Assembly (NCBI GenBank): GCA_001724245.1
Contig: MEDX01000004.1
Location: 1-64,000 of the forward strand
Length of the DNA: 64,000 nt
Source of the DNA: Fonticula-like sp. SCN 57-25
Lineage: Eukaryota
Direction of reading: 5' to 3'
Part shown: in pieces, positions 12,158-24,560 of the stretch
How the letters are laid out: the number at the start of each line of letters is the position of its first letter
How positions within the stretch are numbered: the stretch's first letter is position 1
Position numbers and translations under genes: made by a program
The notes under the pieces: generated by a model
The model's input: the letters and a program-made list of their open reading frames with translations, nothing else
Database searches by the model: none
Told to the model about the DNA's origin: nothing

Positions 12158-13494
12158 TTACTCGCTCTCCTCGCCTTCGCTGTCGTGCGTGGCCATCCTC
12201 TTGTTCTTCTTGGACACCCTGTTTGCGCTCCTGTCGACGTCGGCGAGCAGGTCGGCCGCGTCCTGGACGTCGCCGAGCGGGCGCTTCTTGAGGCCCTTGA
12301 GCTTGCGCACCTGCATCGTGGCATAGTCCTGGTGCTGCATGTGAAGGCGGCCGTACTCGCCGGCAGAGTCGGCCGACATGTTCTTGACCTTCTTCGGCTT
12401 GAGCGTGCGGTTGACGCGCATGGCGGCCTTGAGCATGTCGGGGGAGGCGTCCTTGACGCGGCGAAGCTGGAAGGCGGGTGAGCAAGGAAAAGTAATGTGT
12501 AATGAACAAAAATGTATAAAATGCATAGATAAAACATCACGAATACAAAGAAAATGTCATTTTCTTCATGAACAAGCCAATAAAACAACACAATAAATGA
12601 CAATCCAAATAAACTCTTCTTCATTCACTGCCAAAAGCGCACCTCAAAGTCGGCCGACGGGCCGATCTCCTCGAGCTCCACCCTCGGGATGCGCGATCCC
12701 GACTTTTTCAACACGAGCCTGTACACGCGCATGTATATCCGCTTGCCCTCGTCGTCCGCCGTGACGCAGATGACGTGGTTGAGCGCGGTGAGATCGAGAT
12801 CCTTGACGTCGGCGCCGCGGTAAAAGTCGAGGAAGAGGCTCTTGACCTGCTGCATGTCGGACCGCTGCTCAAACGCCTGGCCAGAAAAGATGAACGCGTG
12901 CTTGGCGCCAAGGCTGATCTTGGGGCCCTCAAAGTCCTCAATCGGCTTGTAGCCGACAAGGCCGAGCTCAAGCATCTCCATCATCTGATTGTCAAAGAAG
13001 CGGCCAAGGACGAGATTATTCGGGCGCTTCTTGCTGTCGGAAACGAGGCAGAAAAGAGAGCTAAGAAAAGAGTGTGAGTAAAGAAGCAAAATGACCGTAA
13101 AATAACAATGTCGTACGCATCGTTCTTCTTGGAGAGGAACTCGAGGGGAGTCGCATCGTCAAAGGGGACAATCTTGTTGCGGCGAGAAAACAAAACAGCG
13201 TCGGGCTTCTTCAGCGCGTACTGTGCAACAGTGACGGTAAGTAACAACAGTAGCTGGTGCAAAGGGCGCGGCGGCCATGAGTCCCGTACCAGATCGCGCA
13301 ACACCATGAGCATCCCCTCTGAGCTGGTCGATGTCCGAAGAAACATGGCCTTCTTGGTATTCTCCACCACCTTGGGCGCACGCTTGTCAAGCTCGCGCTT
13401 GACGCGGGCCGACCTCGGCTTCCTATAAACGCCGCAAAACGCATTAGAACCCACTTTACCATAGATTTAGAGGCACGCACAGCGTCCGGATCAT
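12158..13494 (-). CDS. RPF2: Ribosome biogenesis Brix-domain protein RPF2
   Basis: MIRTL|KPRSARVKRELDKRAPKVVENTK, SKKRPNNLVLGRFFD, PRVELEEIGPSADF. Four introns. Confidence 0.95.
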
Positions 13495-13641
13495 GGCGTC
13501 TCGGTCACAGTGCAACGCGTGGCCTCGATGTCAACTGGAGGGGCAGCGTATCCACATGGCCGCACTTGACGGGCACTTATCCACGTGGGTTACATGTGAA
13601 AGCGTTTGTTCCTCCACCTTTCGTGCACACGGGCTTTTGAG

Positions 13642-15233
13642 ATGGCGCTTGTTGCTTCGGTCCGTAGCGGCGCCGTGCTTCGCGCGTCGTCCGCGCGCTC
13701 GCTCGCTGTCGCGGTCAACACGCCCGGCAAGGACCGGTACGCATAATCATATTACTTTTTTGGCAATTTTTTTCACTTACCGAATTGTTTCGCAGCAATG
13801 GTCTTCCGAACGTCGTGCTTGTCGATGCCGTCCGCACTCCTTTCCAGCTCTCTGGCACTGGCTACAAGACGCTCCTCTCCTACGACCTCCAGAAGCAGGC
13901 CCTCAGCGGTCTCCTTAAGCGCACTGGCGTCGAGTGCGTCCCCCGTCCTTGCATTGTCGTTTTCCTGACCTTTCCTTTCCCCGCAGTGCGTCTACGATCG
14001 ACCGCGTGATCTGCGGCACTGTGATCCAGGAGGTGCGCACGAGCAACATTGCCCGTGAGGCCGCCCTCGGCGCCGGCATCCCGCGCAGCGTCCCGGCCAA
14101 CACGGTCACCCTTGCGTGCATCTCGTCCAACGTCGTACGTGCTTGTCCTTCCCCTTGCCTCTGATCGCTGATCGTCCCGTGCAGGCCATCTCGTCCGGCG
14201 TTGATCTGATCCGCTCCAAGCAGGCCGACATCATTGTCGCCGGCGGTGTTGAGACCATGTCTGATGTCCCGATTCGCTTCTCGCGGGCGATCCGCTCGCG
14301 CATGCTCGCCTCGCAGAAGCTCAAGTCGCCCCTTCAGTACCTCGGCCTCCTGTCGGGCCTCTCGCTCAAGGATCTCGCGCCCGAGCTCCCCGCCATCGCC
14401 GAGTTCTCCACGAACGAGGTCATGGGCGCCTCTGCTGACCGCCTCGCCGCCATGTTCAACGTGTCGCGCCGCGACCAGGATCTGTTTGCCGTTCGCAGCC
14501 ACCAGAACGCCGCCAAGGCCGCCAAGGCCGGCCTCTTCACCGACATTGTGCCCGTCCGCGTGCCCAAGCTCGTCGAGACCGATAACGGCGTCCGCGGCGA
14601 CTCGAACGTCGAGAAGCTCAGCACGCTCCGCCCGGCGTTCATCAAGCCCCACGGCACCGTCACCGCCGGTAACGCCTCGTTCCTCACTGACGGCGCGTCG
14701 GCTGCCCTCATCATGTCCGAGGAGCGCGGTACGCGGTAAAGAAAACCCCATTTATGATGACTAATTGCTTTTGCTTGATAGCGCTCCAGCTCGGCTACAA
14801 GCCGCTCGCGTACCTGCGCGACTACACGTACGTTGCCCAGGACCCCAAGGACGAGCTCCTCCTCGGCCCCGCGTACGGCATCAGCAAGATCATCGACCGC
14901 TCGGGCCTCAAGCTCTCTGACTTTGGCGTTGTTGAGCTGCACGAGGCCTTTGCCGGCCAGGTGCTCGCCAACCTGAACGCGCTCGACTCGGACTCGTTCG
15001 CCCAGAAGAACCTCGGCAAGACCAGCAAGGTCGGCGCTCCGTCCATGGACGTCATCAACAACTGGGGCGGCTCGCTCTCGGTTGGCCACCCCTTCGGCGC
15101 CACCGGTGTCCGCCTCGTCGCTTTCTGCGCCAACCGCCTCAGGCACGAGAACAAGCAGTTCGCCCTCTTGGCCGCCTGCGCTGCCGGCGGTCAGGCCCAC
15201 GCTATGGTCGTCGAGCGCTACCCCGGAGCTTAG
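13642..15233 (+). CDS. HADHB: Mitochondrial trifunctional enzyme beta subunit (3-ketoacyl-CoA thiolase)
   Basis: Arg/Ala/Ser presequence; [62 protein letters not shown]. Confidence 0.95.
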
Positions 15234-15666
15234 ACCGTGTATCTGCAATCCATTTAAAAGAATATCAATCAAAACACAATACAAAGCTATTCTTCATTCA
15301 CTGTTCATTATTGAGGGTTAATTGCCGCCGTGCACATGAAAGTATTAGCCGCGCATTGTGTATGCTGAAGGAGTTGTCCCTTTGTTTCATTTGGTTTCAT
15401 TTTCTTTAAATCCTTGCATTTGCCATTGTATTCTCGCTGTATTGGCTGCCTTTTTTTCTGTGCAGAAAGCTGCTTTTCTCGAGTTCCTTTCATAGTCACG
15501 GCTTTCCCCGCCTTTCCCCGCCTTTCCCGAGGCCCCACCATGCTCTTGTTTATGTTCGGATTCCATGTTCCGTGTGGATCGCGATCGTCGATCCGGATCC
15601 ATCCTCGTGAAAAGGTCGACTTTGAGCGCTGCTGCTGGAGTGATCCCTCCCTTCTTTCCCCGCGCC

Positions 15667-18123
15667 ATGTTGAGTGCAGCTGCTCGCCGCGGCGTCGGCC
15701 TCCGGGCCGCCACCCCCATGGCCTACCGCTCGTTGGCCTCGCTGGCACCCACGCCGGTGGGTTCCCACATCAAGGTCGAGATCAAGGACGATGTCGGTAT
15801 CATCCGCGTCGATATGGCCGACTCGCGCATGAACGTGCTCTCGCGCGCCCTCATGACCGAGTTCGTTTCGGCCCTCGACAAGCTCGATGCCGCCTCGGTC
15901 AAGGCCGCCGTTATCACGTCCGGTAAGCCTGACTTCATCGCCGGCGCTGACATCAACATGCTCGCCGCCGCCAAGACGTCGCAGGAGCTCGTTGAGGTGC
16001 GCCCACCGCCGCCGGCTCTGCCGCTTGAAACGAAAGAAAATCCCCGATCTGACCACGCGCGACCCGTTCCTTTTCCTTTCCTTTCACTCTTTTAGCTCTC
16101 GACCGCTGGCCAGCAGGTCATGGATCGCCTTGCCAACAGCAAGTACCCGACCGTTGCCGCCATTAATGGCACGTGCGCCGGTGGAGGCCTCGAGGTCGCC
16201 CTTGCGTGCACTGCCCGTGTTGCTTCTTCCTCGAAGCGCACTGCCATGTCGCTCCCCGAGGTGATGCTCGGCCTCCTGCCCGGTGCCGGTGGCACTCAGC
16301 GCCTCCCCGCGCTCCTCGGCCTCCGCGCCTCGCTCGACATTGCCCTGACCGGCAAGTCGATCCGCCCCGACAAGGCCCGCAAGCTCAAGCTTGTTGATGT
16401 TGTTGCCGACCCGAACGCGCTTGAGGATGCTGCCATCCTTGTGGCCCGCCAGCTCGCCGACAAGAAGATCTCGTTCAAGCGCGAGCGCAGCCTCGTTGAC
16501 AAGATCCTCGAGCACAACTCGTACACCCGCAACTTTGTCTACAACCAGGCCAAGGCGACCATCGCCAAGCAGACCAACGGCAACTACCCCGCGCCGCCGG
16601 CCATCCTTGAGGCTATCAAGACCGGCCTTGAGAAGGGCCGCACCGCTGGCCTCGCCAAGGAGGCTGAGGGCTTTGGCGCCCTTGGCATGACGCCCGAGAG
16701 CAAGGCTCTCGTCTCGCTCTTCTTTGGCAAGACCGCCCTCAAGAAGAACCGCTTTGGCAAGCCGTCGCGCAAGAGCGAGACGGTCGCCGTCATTGGCGCT
16801 GGCCTCATGGGCGCCGGTATCGCCCAGGTGAGCGCTGAGAAGGCTGGCATGAACGTCATCCTCAAGGACCGCGACAACGCCGGCCTCGCGCGCGGTGAGC
16901 AGCAGATCTTTAAGAACCTTGACACCAAGGTCAAGCGCAAGTCGATGAGCGCCCTCGAGCGCGACGTGATTATGTCGCGCGTGACTGGCATCACCAACAC
17001 GGACTCGTTCGGCGACAACTACCTTCGCAAGGCCGACATGGTCATCGAGGCCGTCTTTGAGGACATTGGCGTCAAGCACAAGGTCATCCAGGAGCTCGAG
17101 CGCCTCGTGCCCGAGCACTGCGTGATCGCGTCCAACACGTCGGCGCTCCCGATCGCCGACATCGCCGCCGGCTCCAAGCGCCCCGAGAACGTGGTCGGCA
17201 TGCACTACTTCTCGCCCGTCGACAAGATGGAGCTGCTCGAGGTCATCACGACCAGCAAGACGAGCAAGGAGGCTTCGGCCGCCGCCGTCGAGGTCGGTAT
17301 CCGCCAGGGCAAGGTCGTCATCGTCGTCAAGGATGGGCCCGGCTTCTACACCACCCGCATCCTCTCGCCCTTCATGGTCGAGGCCGGCGGTCTCCTCCAG
17401 GAGGGCCACGGCATCGCCGATGTGGACAAGGCCATGCGCAAGTTTGGCTTCCCCGTCGGCCCCGTCACGCTCTTTGACGAGGTCGGTATCGATGTCGGCA
17501 ACCACATCCAGCCCACCCTCAACAAGGCCTTTGGCGTGCGCATGTCGGGCGCCAACAGCGACATGATGGTCGAGATGGTCAACCGCAAGTGGGCCGGCCG
17601 CAAGACCGGCAAGGGCTTCTTTGTCTATGAGGGCAAGAAGAAGTCCATCAACCCCGAGATCGAGGAGCTCCTGAAAAAGTACCAGGGCGCCCCGACCAAG
17701 CTCAGCGTTGAGGAGCTCCAGAACCGCGTTGCCTACCGCATGATCAACGAGGCGCTCTACTGCCTCCAGGACGGCACGCTCGAGAACCCCACCGATGGTG
17801 ACCTCGGCGCTGTCTTTGGGTACGCATATTCATTTGTTTGTTTGCTGCTATGTTGCTGACTGGCACGCCTTGTAAACAGCCTCGGCTTCCCGCCGTTCCA
17901 CGGTGGACCTTTCCGCTTCGTAGACACGCTCGGCGCGCAGAAGGTGCTCGACACCCTCAACCAGCTGCGGTACGCCCCTGACTCCCACCCACAAACATTC
18001 GCGGAAATTTGGGCACTCACCATTGTTTGTTTTAATCTCGCCAGCTCGACCTATGGCGACCGCTTTACGCCGGCGCAAATTCTTGTCGATTACGCGAAGG
18101 GCAACAAGCGCTTCCACTCGTAA
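15667..18123 (+). CDS. HADHA: Mitochondrial trifunctional enzyme alpha subunit (enoyl-CoA hydratase / 3-hydroxyacyl-CoA dehydrogenase)
   Basis: Presequence; [67 protein letters not shown]. Three introns. Confidence 0.95.
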
Positions 18124-18624
18124 ATTCCGAAGAATGCGCTAAAACGTGTCTAATGTTGCTGAAAATAAACTCTCTCATCCACTAGGCGCTTATGTGCCAT
18201 GTATAGTGATCGATTTGGTCGCTGCTACCTGCCTAAAATGGAATACCGTTCGAAAATGGAAGGTCGGGCAAATGCGATCCAGCTTTTGTCCGAATATCCA
18301 CATGGCCGTAAAGCAGCAACTTTCCTTTTTCGGAAGCTTTGGAGGCGCAGGGCTTGCCCGCCGGAAGGATACATTACGCGAGAAACTCGCCGCGTGAGGC
18401 AACAAAAAGTGGGGCGTTGGACGCTGGCCGTCAGTTCCACTTGTTTCTCTCCCCACCCGAGGCCCGACGAGCGCGCGAGCAGGCTCCTTTCCTTTCTCTC
18501 GTCGTAGTGTTTTCTCGCCTCGTGCTGGTCGCGAATCAGGTTTCCAGGTAGCCGACGCCGACGGCTCTGTTTATTGAAATACATTGTTTTGGCAAGCCAT
18601 CCGGGGCGTCTCTCTCTCCTTGAC

Positions 18625-20377
18625 ATGCTTGCTAGTGGTCGCCACCTGTCCCTCCTCGAAGATTGCAACAGCTTGACGCCGCCTCTTCTCCCTAATACCT
18701 TTGATTGCAACGACTTTTTCCAGATCGATCCCCTGGGCTACTATAGCGGGTCTGATCTTTCGTCTACTATCTGCCTCGTCGACTCTGCAGAGCCAATCGT
18801 GGCCGAGTTCTTTGGTGACGTTGATCCAATGGATACGCATCAGCCGACTCTCTTCTTTGGCCTCGAGTACCGACCGAACGACTATGGCCAGAATCAGCTG
18901 TATGTTGTGAGCTGGTCGGCCTCTGCCAAGCTCGCGCTTGGCGTTGACAGCGCAACGCAATGGACCGCCCGGCAACAGTGCCTGGCGCTCGAGAGCCTCG
19001 TCCCGCCGGAGCAGTACCGCGCGCTTCTCATGGTCATCGCCGAGATCGACGAGTCTGTCGGTGGGTCGTCGCCGATCATCGACCACTACCTTGTCGGCGC
19101 CGCCGGTACCTACATCCCCGTGCGCGCCCGCTTTGTTGCGCAGCCATGCAACTGGCCGCCATTTGTCCTTGCGTGCGAGACTGTGTCTCCGCATCTTTTG
19201 GTACGCGCTTTTCTTTTCGCTTGCCCTGGCGCTGTACTGACGTACGACTTAGGTTGGCGCCACCGCCCTGCAGCAGGCCTGCGTTGCGGATCTCCACGCA
19301 AATGTGTGCCAGGTTGCTACGGACCTGAACGGGCGATTTGTGTGGGTCTCGCCGACGTGCTCGGCCGTCTTCCACATTCACCCGCTCGACCTCATCGGCC
19401 AGTCGTCGGTCGAGTTTATGACCAATATTGAGCAGCTCGGCTTCCAGCTCCACATCAGGAGAAGTGCGCCTTTTCTTGCCTCTTGGCACCGCTTTTTACT
19501 GACTACAGTGCCCTTTTCAGCGCCCCTGCCCGAGATGAACCGCATCCTGCACCGCATCACCGTGCTTCCGCCGTCATCGTGGGGCGTCGCCGCGCCTGTC
19601 GACCAGGCGCCCTTCGCCGAGTCGCCCGTGCGCTTCGCCGACTCGACGCTGATGAACTCTCTCGGCGGCAAGCTCGCGGACCTGCTTCGCCAGACGTATC
19701 CCTCGTCCTTTGGAGAGGAGCCGCTGTCGTCCGCGATCATGGCGTCTGTGCACCCCGTCCCCGTCGCGCGCGCCTCGCAAAAGTCGTCGTCGCGCAACGC
19801 GTCGCCGCACCAGTCGCCGCAGCCGTTCCCCTCGCCGCCGACCGTCGCGCAACCAAACGTCCCGTCGGCGAGCAACCTCGCGATGCGTCGCATCTGGAGC
19901 GCGCCGCAGCCGCTCATCACGCCCGGCGACTCTGACGCGGAGGCGAGCCCCAAGATGATTGCCGGCGCGTCGCTGACGCCAAAGAGCGCGCGTAGCACGG
20001 ATAACTCGCCCGACCTTTTGATGCGGGAGACGATGGACGCGCAGGGCTGGCGCTGGGCGCAGAGCAGCCCCACTGGCAACCCCGCGTCGCCCAAGCAGCG
20101 CTCCGTGTACCGCCCGTCCAAGCGCACCGACAAGATGTGCGAGTTTTGCGGCCGCCGCGAGTCGCCAGAGTGGAGGCGCGGGCCGAGCGGGCCAAACAGT
20201 CTGTGCAACGCGTGCGGCATTCGGCACGCCAAGTTGAGGCGCAGCGCCAACAAGTCGACTTCGACGCCGCCGCTCACGCCGCAGCAGAACCTCACAGGTT
20301 CGCTTTCATCATCGCCGGTTACCGCGCCGGCGGCCTCTGTTTCGCAGCCTGTCGTCGAGGCGGCGCCCATTGAATGA
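18625..20377 (+). CDS. PAS-domain GATA zinc-finger transcription factor (White collar-2-like architecture)
   Basis: PAS-like [35 protein letters not shown] after intron 19201-19252; CEFC-X18-CNAC finger ([10 protein letters not shown]). Confidence 0.8.
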
Positions 20378-20703
20378 GGCGCACTCGATGGCATGGCACT
20401 TGAATTATCACTAAAACTACCTTTGTAATTCGCATTCATGTTGATTAGTTGTTTGCTGTTTTGTTTGTTTTGCGCCTGGTTTTGCGTATTACATGCCTTT
20501 ATACATTATTCGTTAATGCAAGTACCCATTTCTGCCAACCGAAACAGAACCGAAATGCCTAGTTCCATTGAGTAGAGTAGCCCAAATAATGCTTTGCAAC
20601 GTAAATCAGTTTGCAATTTAGTTTGCAACGAACCGACGCTGACCCCCCAAGAGATCCCCTTCAGGGCACAGAGACGACCGCCGCTCGGCGCTATTCCGGC
20701 ACC

Positions 20704-21664
20704 ATGCGGTTATCGGGGCTGCTTATAAAGCGCCCGACGATGCGGGAGCTCAACCTTGTGCTCCTGCCGATCCTCTTTGTTCTTCTGATTGTCTACCTCT
20801 TAATTGCCATTTCGTACCAGGAAGGCAACCCGTTCATAAACAACGTCTTTACGTTTGACCGCGAGGACTCGAGCGCGCCATGGTTCTCGGTAGTGTACGT
20901 CGCCCGCTTTCCTTTCCATTTTTGTGACCCTTTTCTTTTGCGCGCGAGCTCACCCTTTTCTGCAGAATCGCCGTGACAATTGTTCAGATGGGGCTTGTTG
21001 TCTCGGGGTTCTACGGCGCAATCAAGCGCCGCCTGGAATACTTCAAGCCCGTGCGTTAGTTTCCTTTCCTTTTATTGTGCTAACATTTCCTTTTGCTTTT
21101 CAGTATGTCGGCGGTCTAATCGGCATCATGACCGTATCGTTCATTCTCGTTGCTCAGCTCATGATCTTTCAGCAGACGGAGACCATCTACGTAGGGGAAG
21201 ATCCGACGTTCTACTGCCTCGGCAACGGGACGATCCTCATCCACCCCCACAACACGACCGACCTCCTGACGCCACAAGAGTACTGGGTCGACAACCCCGA
21301 CCTGCACGACATCATCACGTACGAGGAGTACACGCAGGATCTAATCGATCTCTGCTCGTCGACACGCGTCGTCCACCTGCTGCTGCTCGGCATCATCGGC
21401 TTTGTGCTCCCCATCGCAGGATGCGTACGCAGAAATTTTTGTGCCGTCTGTGGGTGCTGACAGCGGGTGAATAGTGCCCGTGCTTTGGCGCCGGCTTGCG
21501 CTACGCCATGCTCCTCTCGGTCGAGCAGAAGGGTACGACCGGCGGCGAGTTGTGCTTGGTACTCACGCCGTCGCGATGTAGAAATTTCAATTGAGATTAC
21601 GACGGCGCCGTTTGGCGGAAACGAGCCGTCAGAGCGCATTCCCACCACGCCGAAAAAGGCATAG
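20704..21664 (+). CDS. Four-TM protein with tetraspanin/LAPTM-like topology; 4 introns
   Basis: Manual splice gives TM1 LVLLPILFVLLIVYLLIAI, TM2 ..MGLVVSGFYGAIKRR, TM3 YVGGLIGIMTVSFILV, a loop with two Cys plus NGT/NTT, and TM4 followed by GCCPC. Confidence 0.65.
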
Positions 21665-21892
21665 TTTTCCGTCGGCATTGTTTCCTGTACATATTTTGTC
21701 AAGTTTGTATTATACGTTGCATGCATGTAGCATATTTCTTGTCGATTGTAGCACATTATAGCAATAAACAATTCTCAAGTGAAGCGCCACTTTCATGCTC
21801 AAAATGTCTTATTTATTAATGCAGGGTAGTAGTAATACATCGTTTCTCAAGTGATTCTCATGTGAATGCTACATGGCCTTTCAATCCGGCCT

Positions 21893-23548
21893 TCACGTCA
21901 GCGGCTGCAAATCGAGCAATGTGTCGGCTTCTTCCTTTGACGTTTCAAATGGCAACGCCGTGCTGGACAGCGACCCAAAGTCGGTCGCGCTTGCGCTCTC
22001 AATGTCCGGCACGACGAACCCAATCTGCTGCTTGACCTCTGTCGCCTGCCTCCCCACCGTGAGCGTCCGCCTCTCGAGCAGGGACGGCGCCGCGTCGGCC
22101 TTGGCGAGCGGCTCGGGCGCGTCGTCGCCGTCGGCGCTGTCGATCCCAAGCGATGACTCGCGCTTGAGCGGCGGCACACTCTCCCGCGCGAAAGCGTCGC
22201 CCTGCGGGGGCACGACCTGCTGCTGTGAGAGCTGCATGTGGAACGACGAGAGCTCGCTCTGCAACTGCCGAAACCCGCTGAGGTCGAATGGCGACGCGTC
22301 CTCATCAAGCCGCGTCGGCGCGTCGGCGGGTGCTTCCGGTGGCGCCTGGGTCATGACGCTCTCGAGCAGCTCGTCCGTGTTCTTGCTCATCATGGCGATG
22401 AAGTCGCTGAGCGCCGACGACTTTGGGTGCGAGCCGGCGGCGGCAATCTCATTATGAAACTGCAGCGCCGAGTTGGAGCGCACGCGGCCGGCGGGCGTCA
22501 TGACGGGGATCGGTCGCGTGGCCTGCGGCGGCGTGGCGGGGGCGGCCACCGCGGCCGGCGACGGTGACGACGAGAGCGGCTCCAGCGACGCGAGGCTGTC
22601 GGGCGAGCGGCCCAAGACGTCGGCCTCGGACGCAGCGTGCGCCCAGATAGGACCGCGCGGCTGCTCGGCGCGCGGAGGCGAAACGGCGGCGGCGCTGTCG
22701 GCTGGCGCGTCGAGCGGGCGAAGAGAGCCGGAGCGCGGGCGTGCAGCGGAGGCGCCATGCGGGCGGCCGACCTCGTACGAGCACGTCGTGCGGTGCTTTA
22801 CCGTCAGCTTGAACGTGCCACGAGGCGTCTCGACTTGGCCCGGAAAGGGCGCCTCGGTCGTGCTGTCAATGTGCCAGCCCTGCACGGGCGAGTGCAGCGG
22901 CTGAACGTCCCCGGCGGGATCCTCATCGGGCGAGCGGATCGCGTATTCTATCCGAAGGCCGGGCACGGAGGGGAGGTCAGCCGACGACGCGCGCGAAAGC
23001 TTGTTGAGTTGCTTTAAGAGGCGAAAAGCAGGGAGAGTGCGGAGGTGCGTGTACAGGCCGCGGAAGAAGATGACGCCGTTGCTGTACATGTGGGACGGCG
23101 TCACAATGCGATTCACAGGTTCGCCAAGCACTAGCTCCCAGCTTTCCAGCAGAATAAACCGCTTTTCTAACGTGAAATTCGAATCCAGATGTAGCTTGGT
23201 GAGCGTCCCATTCACATTGCTCGACAGGAAAAGCGTCGCCTCGCTCTTTCGGAGCGCGTCAGACAGACTGTCCAAATCAAGCAGAATGTCAATTATTAAA
23301 GGGCTCCCGAATCGCGTCAGCTTCAGCCACTGTGACACCTGCTCTGCTACTTCTGGGGACTCGGGCGTCGCTAGCTCAAACTAGGAGGCGACACACGCGG
23401 TCAGCACAGTCGCGCAAACATCACAAGGCCGTCGTACACTGCCGCTGCTCTCCTTGGCCGAGGCCAGCGAAGGGGAGACGCGCGCATTGATGATTAGTTG
23501 GGCTACTTTGGAATAGAAATTCCAATAAAAACTCTCCTGCTTGTCCAT
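21893..23548 (-). CDS. ATG13: Autophagy protein ATG13 (HORMA domain plus disordered tail)
   Basis: NFYSKVAQLIINAR, ILLESWEL, YSNGVIFFRGLYTHLRTLPAFRL, VETPRGTFKLTVKHR. One intron, ~23382-23437. Confidence 0.85.
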
Positions 23549-23684
23549 GGTCTTTCCTCCCGTCCTTCCGAGGGAGAGAGAGCGCGCACTGGTCTCCCAA
23601 TCACTCCCCTGCACTCGGTCGACGCACTGTGTTGTCGCTTGCGTCACTTGTCAGATATAAAGGCACATAATTTGGAGCGAACTT

Positions 23685-23758
23685 CGCCGCGTGGCCAAAT
23701 TGGATAAGGCGCCTGACTACGGATCAGGAGATTCTGCGTTCGAGTCGCAGCGTGGTCG
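23685..23758 (+). tRNA. tRNA-Arg(ACG), copy 1, with G1>C variant
   Basis: Cloverleaf, anticodon arm CCTGA-CTACGGA-TCAGG, T arm CTGCG-TTCGAGT-CGCAG, downstream oligo-T. Confidence 0.9.
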
Positions 23759-24116
23759 CCATTTTTTTTGTCTTTTGGCGGTGGACGCGTTTTAGTGGCT
23801 TCTCTAGGTAGGCCGTGTGGCGTTGGTTCTAGGTGTTTGCAAAGTATATGGCATGCTCTCAGGCGACCGAATTGTTAGCTTTATGCATTCGGATTTCTGT
23901 GGACAGACTCTTGATCCGGAAAACAGATCCAGTTTGGTTTGCTGAAAGAAACAAAGGAAATATTGGTTGCACCTGTACAATTCTTGAAGAGACACCATAG
24001 TGCGGTCACCAAAGGCATTGCAAACAGTTTGTAGGCACTCTAGTACGCTACCCTTGCTTCGTTGCCGTGAACGAAATTATTCAAATTGACTTTTTTGTCT
24101 GTGCAACTCAGTCGAC

Positions 24117-24190
24117 GGCCGCGTGGCCAAATTGGATAAGGCGCCTGACTACGGATCAGGAGATTCTGCGTTCGAGTCGCAGCGTGGTCG
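24117..24190 (+). tRNA. tRNA-Arg(ACG), copy 2
   Basis: 74-nt GGCCGCGTGG..CGTGGTCG followed by a T-run Pol III terminator. Confidence 0.95.
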
Positions 24191-24407
24191 ATATTTTTTT
24201 GCCCTTTTGGAGTTGACGAGGGTGAGTCAATTGCGTTTGTTCACAACAGTTCCGGCAGGATGTTTGCTTCTACAAGGTGCTTCTTGCCTGAAACGCGACT
24301 TTTGCATCCGAAAGTCGCCGTTCAACAGGTTTTTCGCCAGTTTTCGTAAAGAACCGCTTGAGATTGTAGTATTCATAACGTCTTTTTCCACATGCCTCTA
24401 CATCGAC

Positions 24408-24481
24408 GGCCGCGTGGCCAAATTGGATAAGGCGCCTGACTACGGATCAGGAGATTCTGCGTTCGAGTCGCAGCGTGGTCG
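24408..24481 (+). tRNA. tRNA-Arg(ACG), copy 3
   Basis: Identical to copy 2; T-run follows. Confidence 0.95.
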
Positions 24482-24506
24482 ATTATTTTTTTGTTGCCGT
24501 TACTTT

Positions 24507-24518
24507 TTTGGCGCGAAA
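24507..24518. promoter_or_regulatory. Overlapping bidirectional E2F-type site
   Basis: TTTGGCGCGAAA about 43 bp upstream of the ATG at 24561. Confidence 0.5.
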
Positions 24519-24560
24519 TTCGAACAATTGCCAAAGTTGACAGGTCGCCGTTCGCCGGGA

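Noticed and set aside
18625-19460. LOV photoreceptor (WC-1)
   Set aside because: No GxNCRFLQ flavin-adduct motif.
23685-24481. Repeat-spacer pattern resembling a CRISPR array
   Set aside because: The repeats are 74-nt tRNA genes with long unequal spacers, in a eukaryote with no cas genes.
24123-24560. N-terminal part of the 522-aa ORF with duplicated AKLDKAPDYGSGDS peptide
   Set aside because: This is translation through two tRNA-Arg genes; the plausible start is the ATG at 24561.
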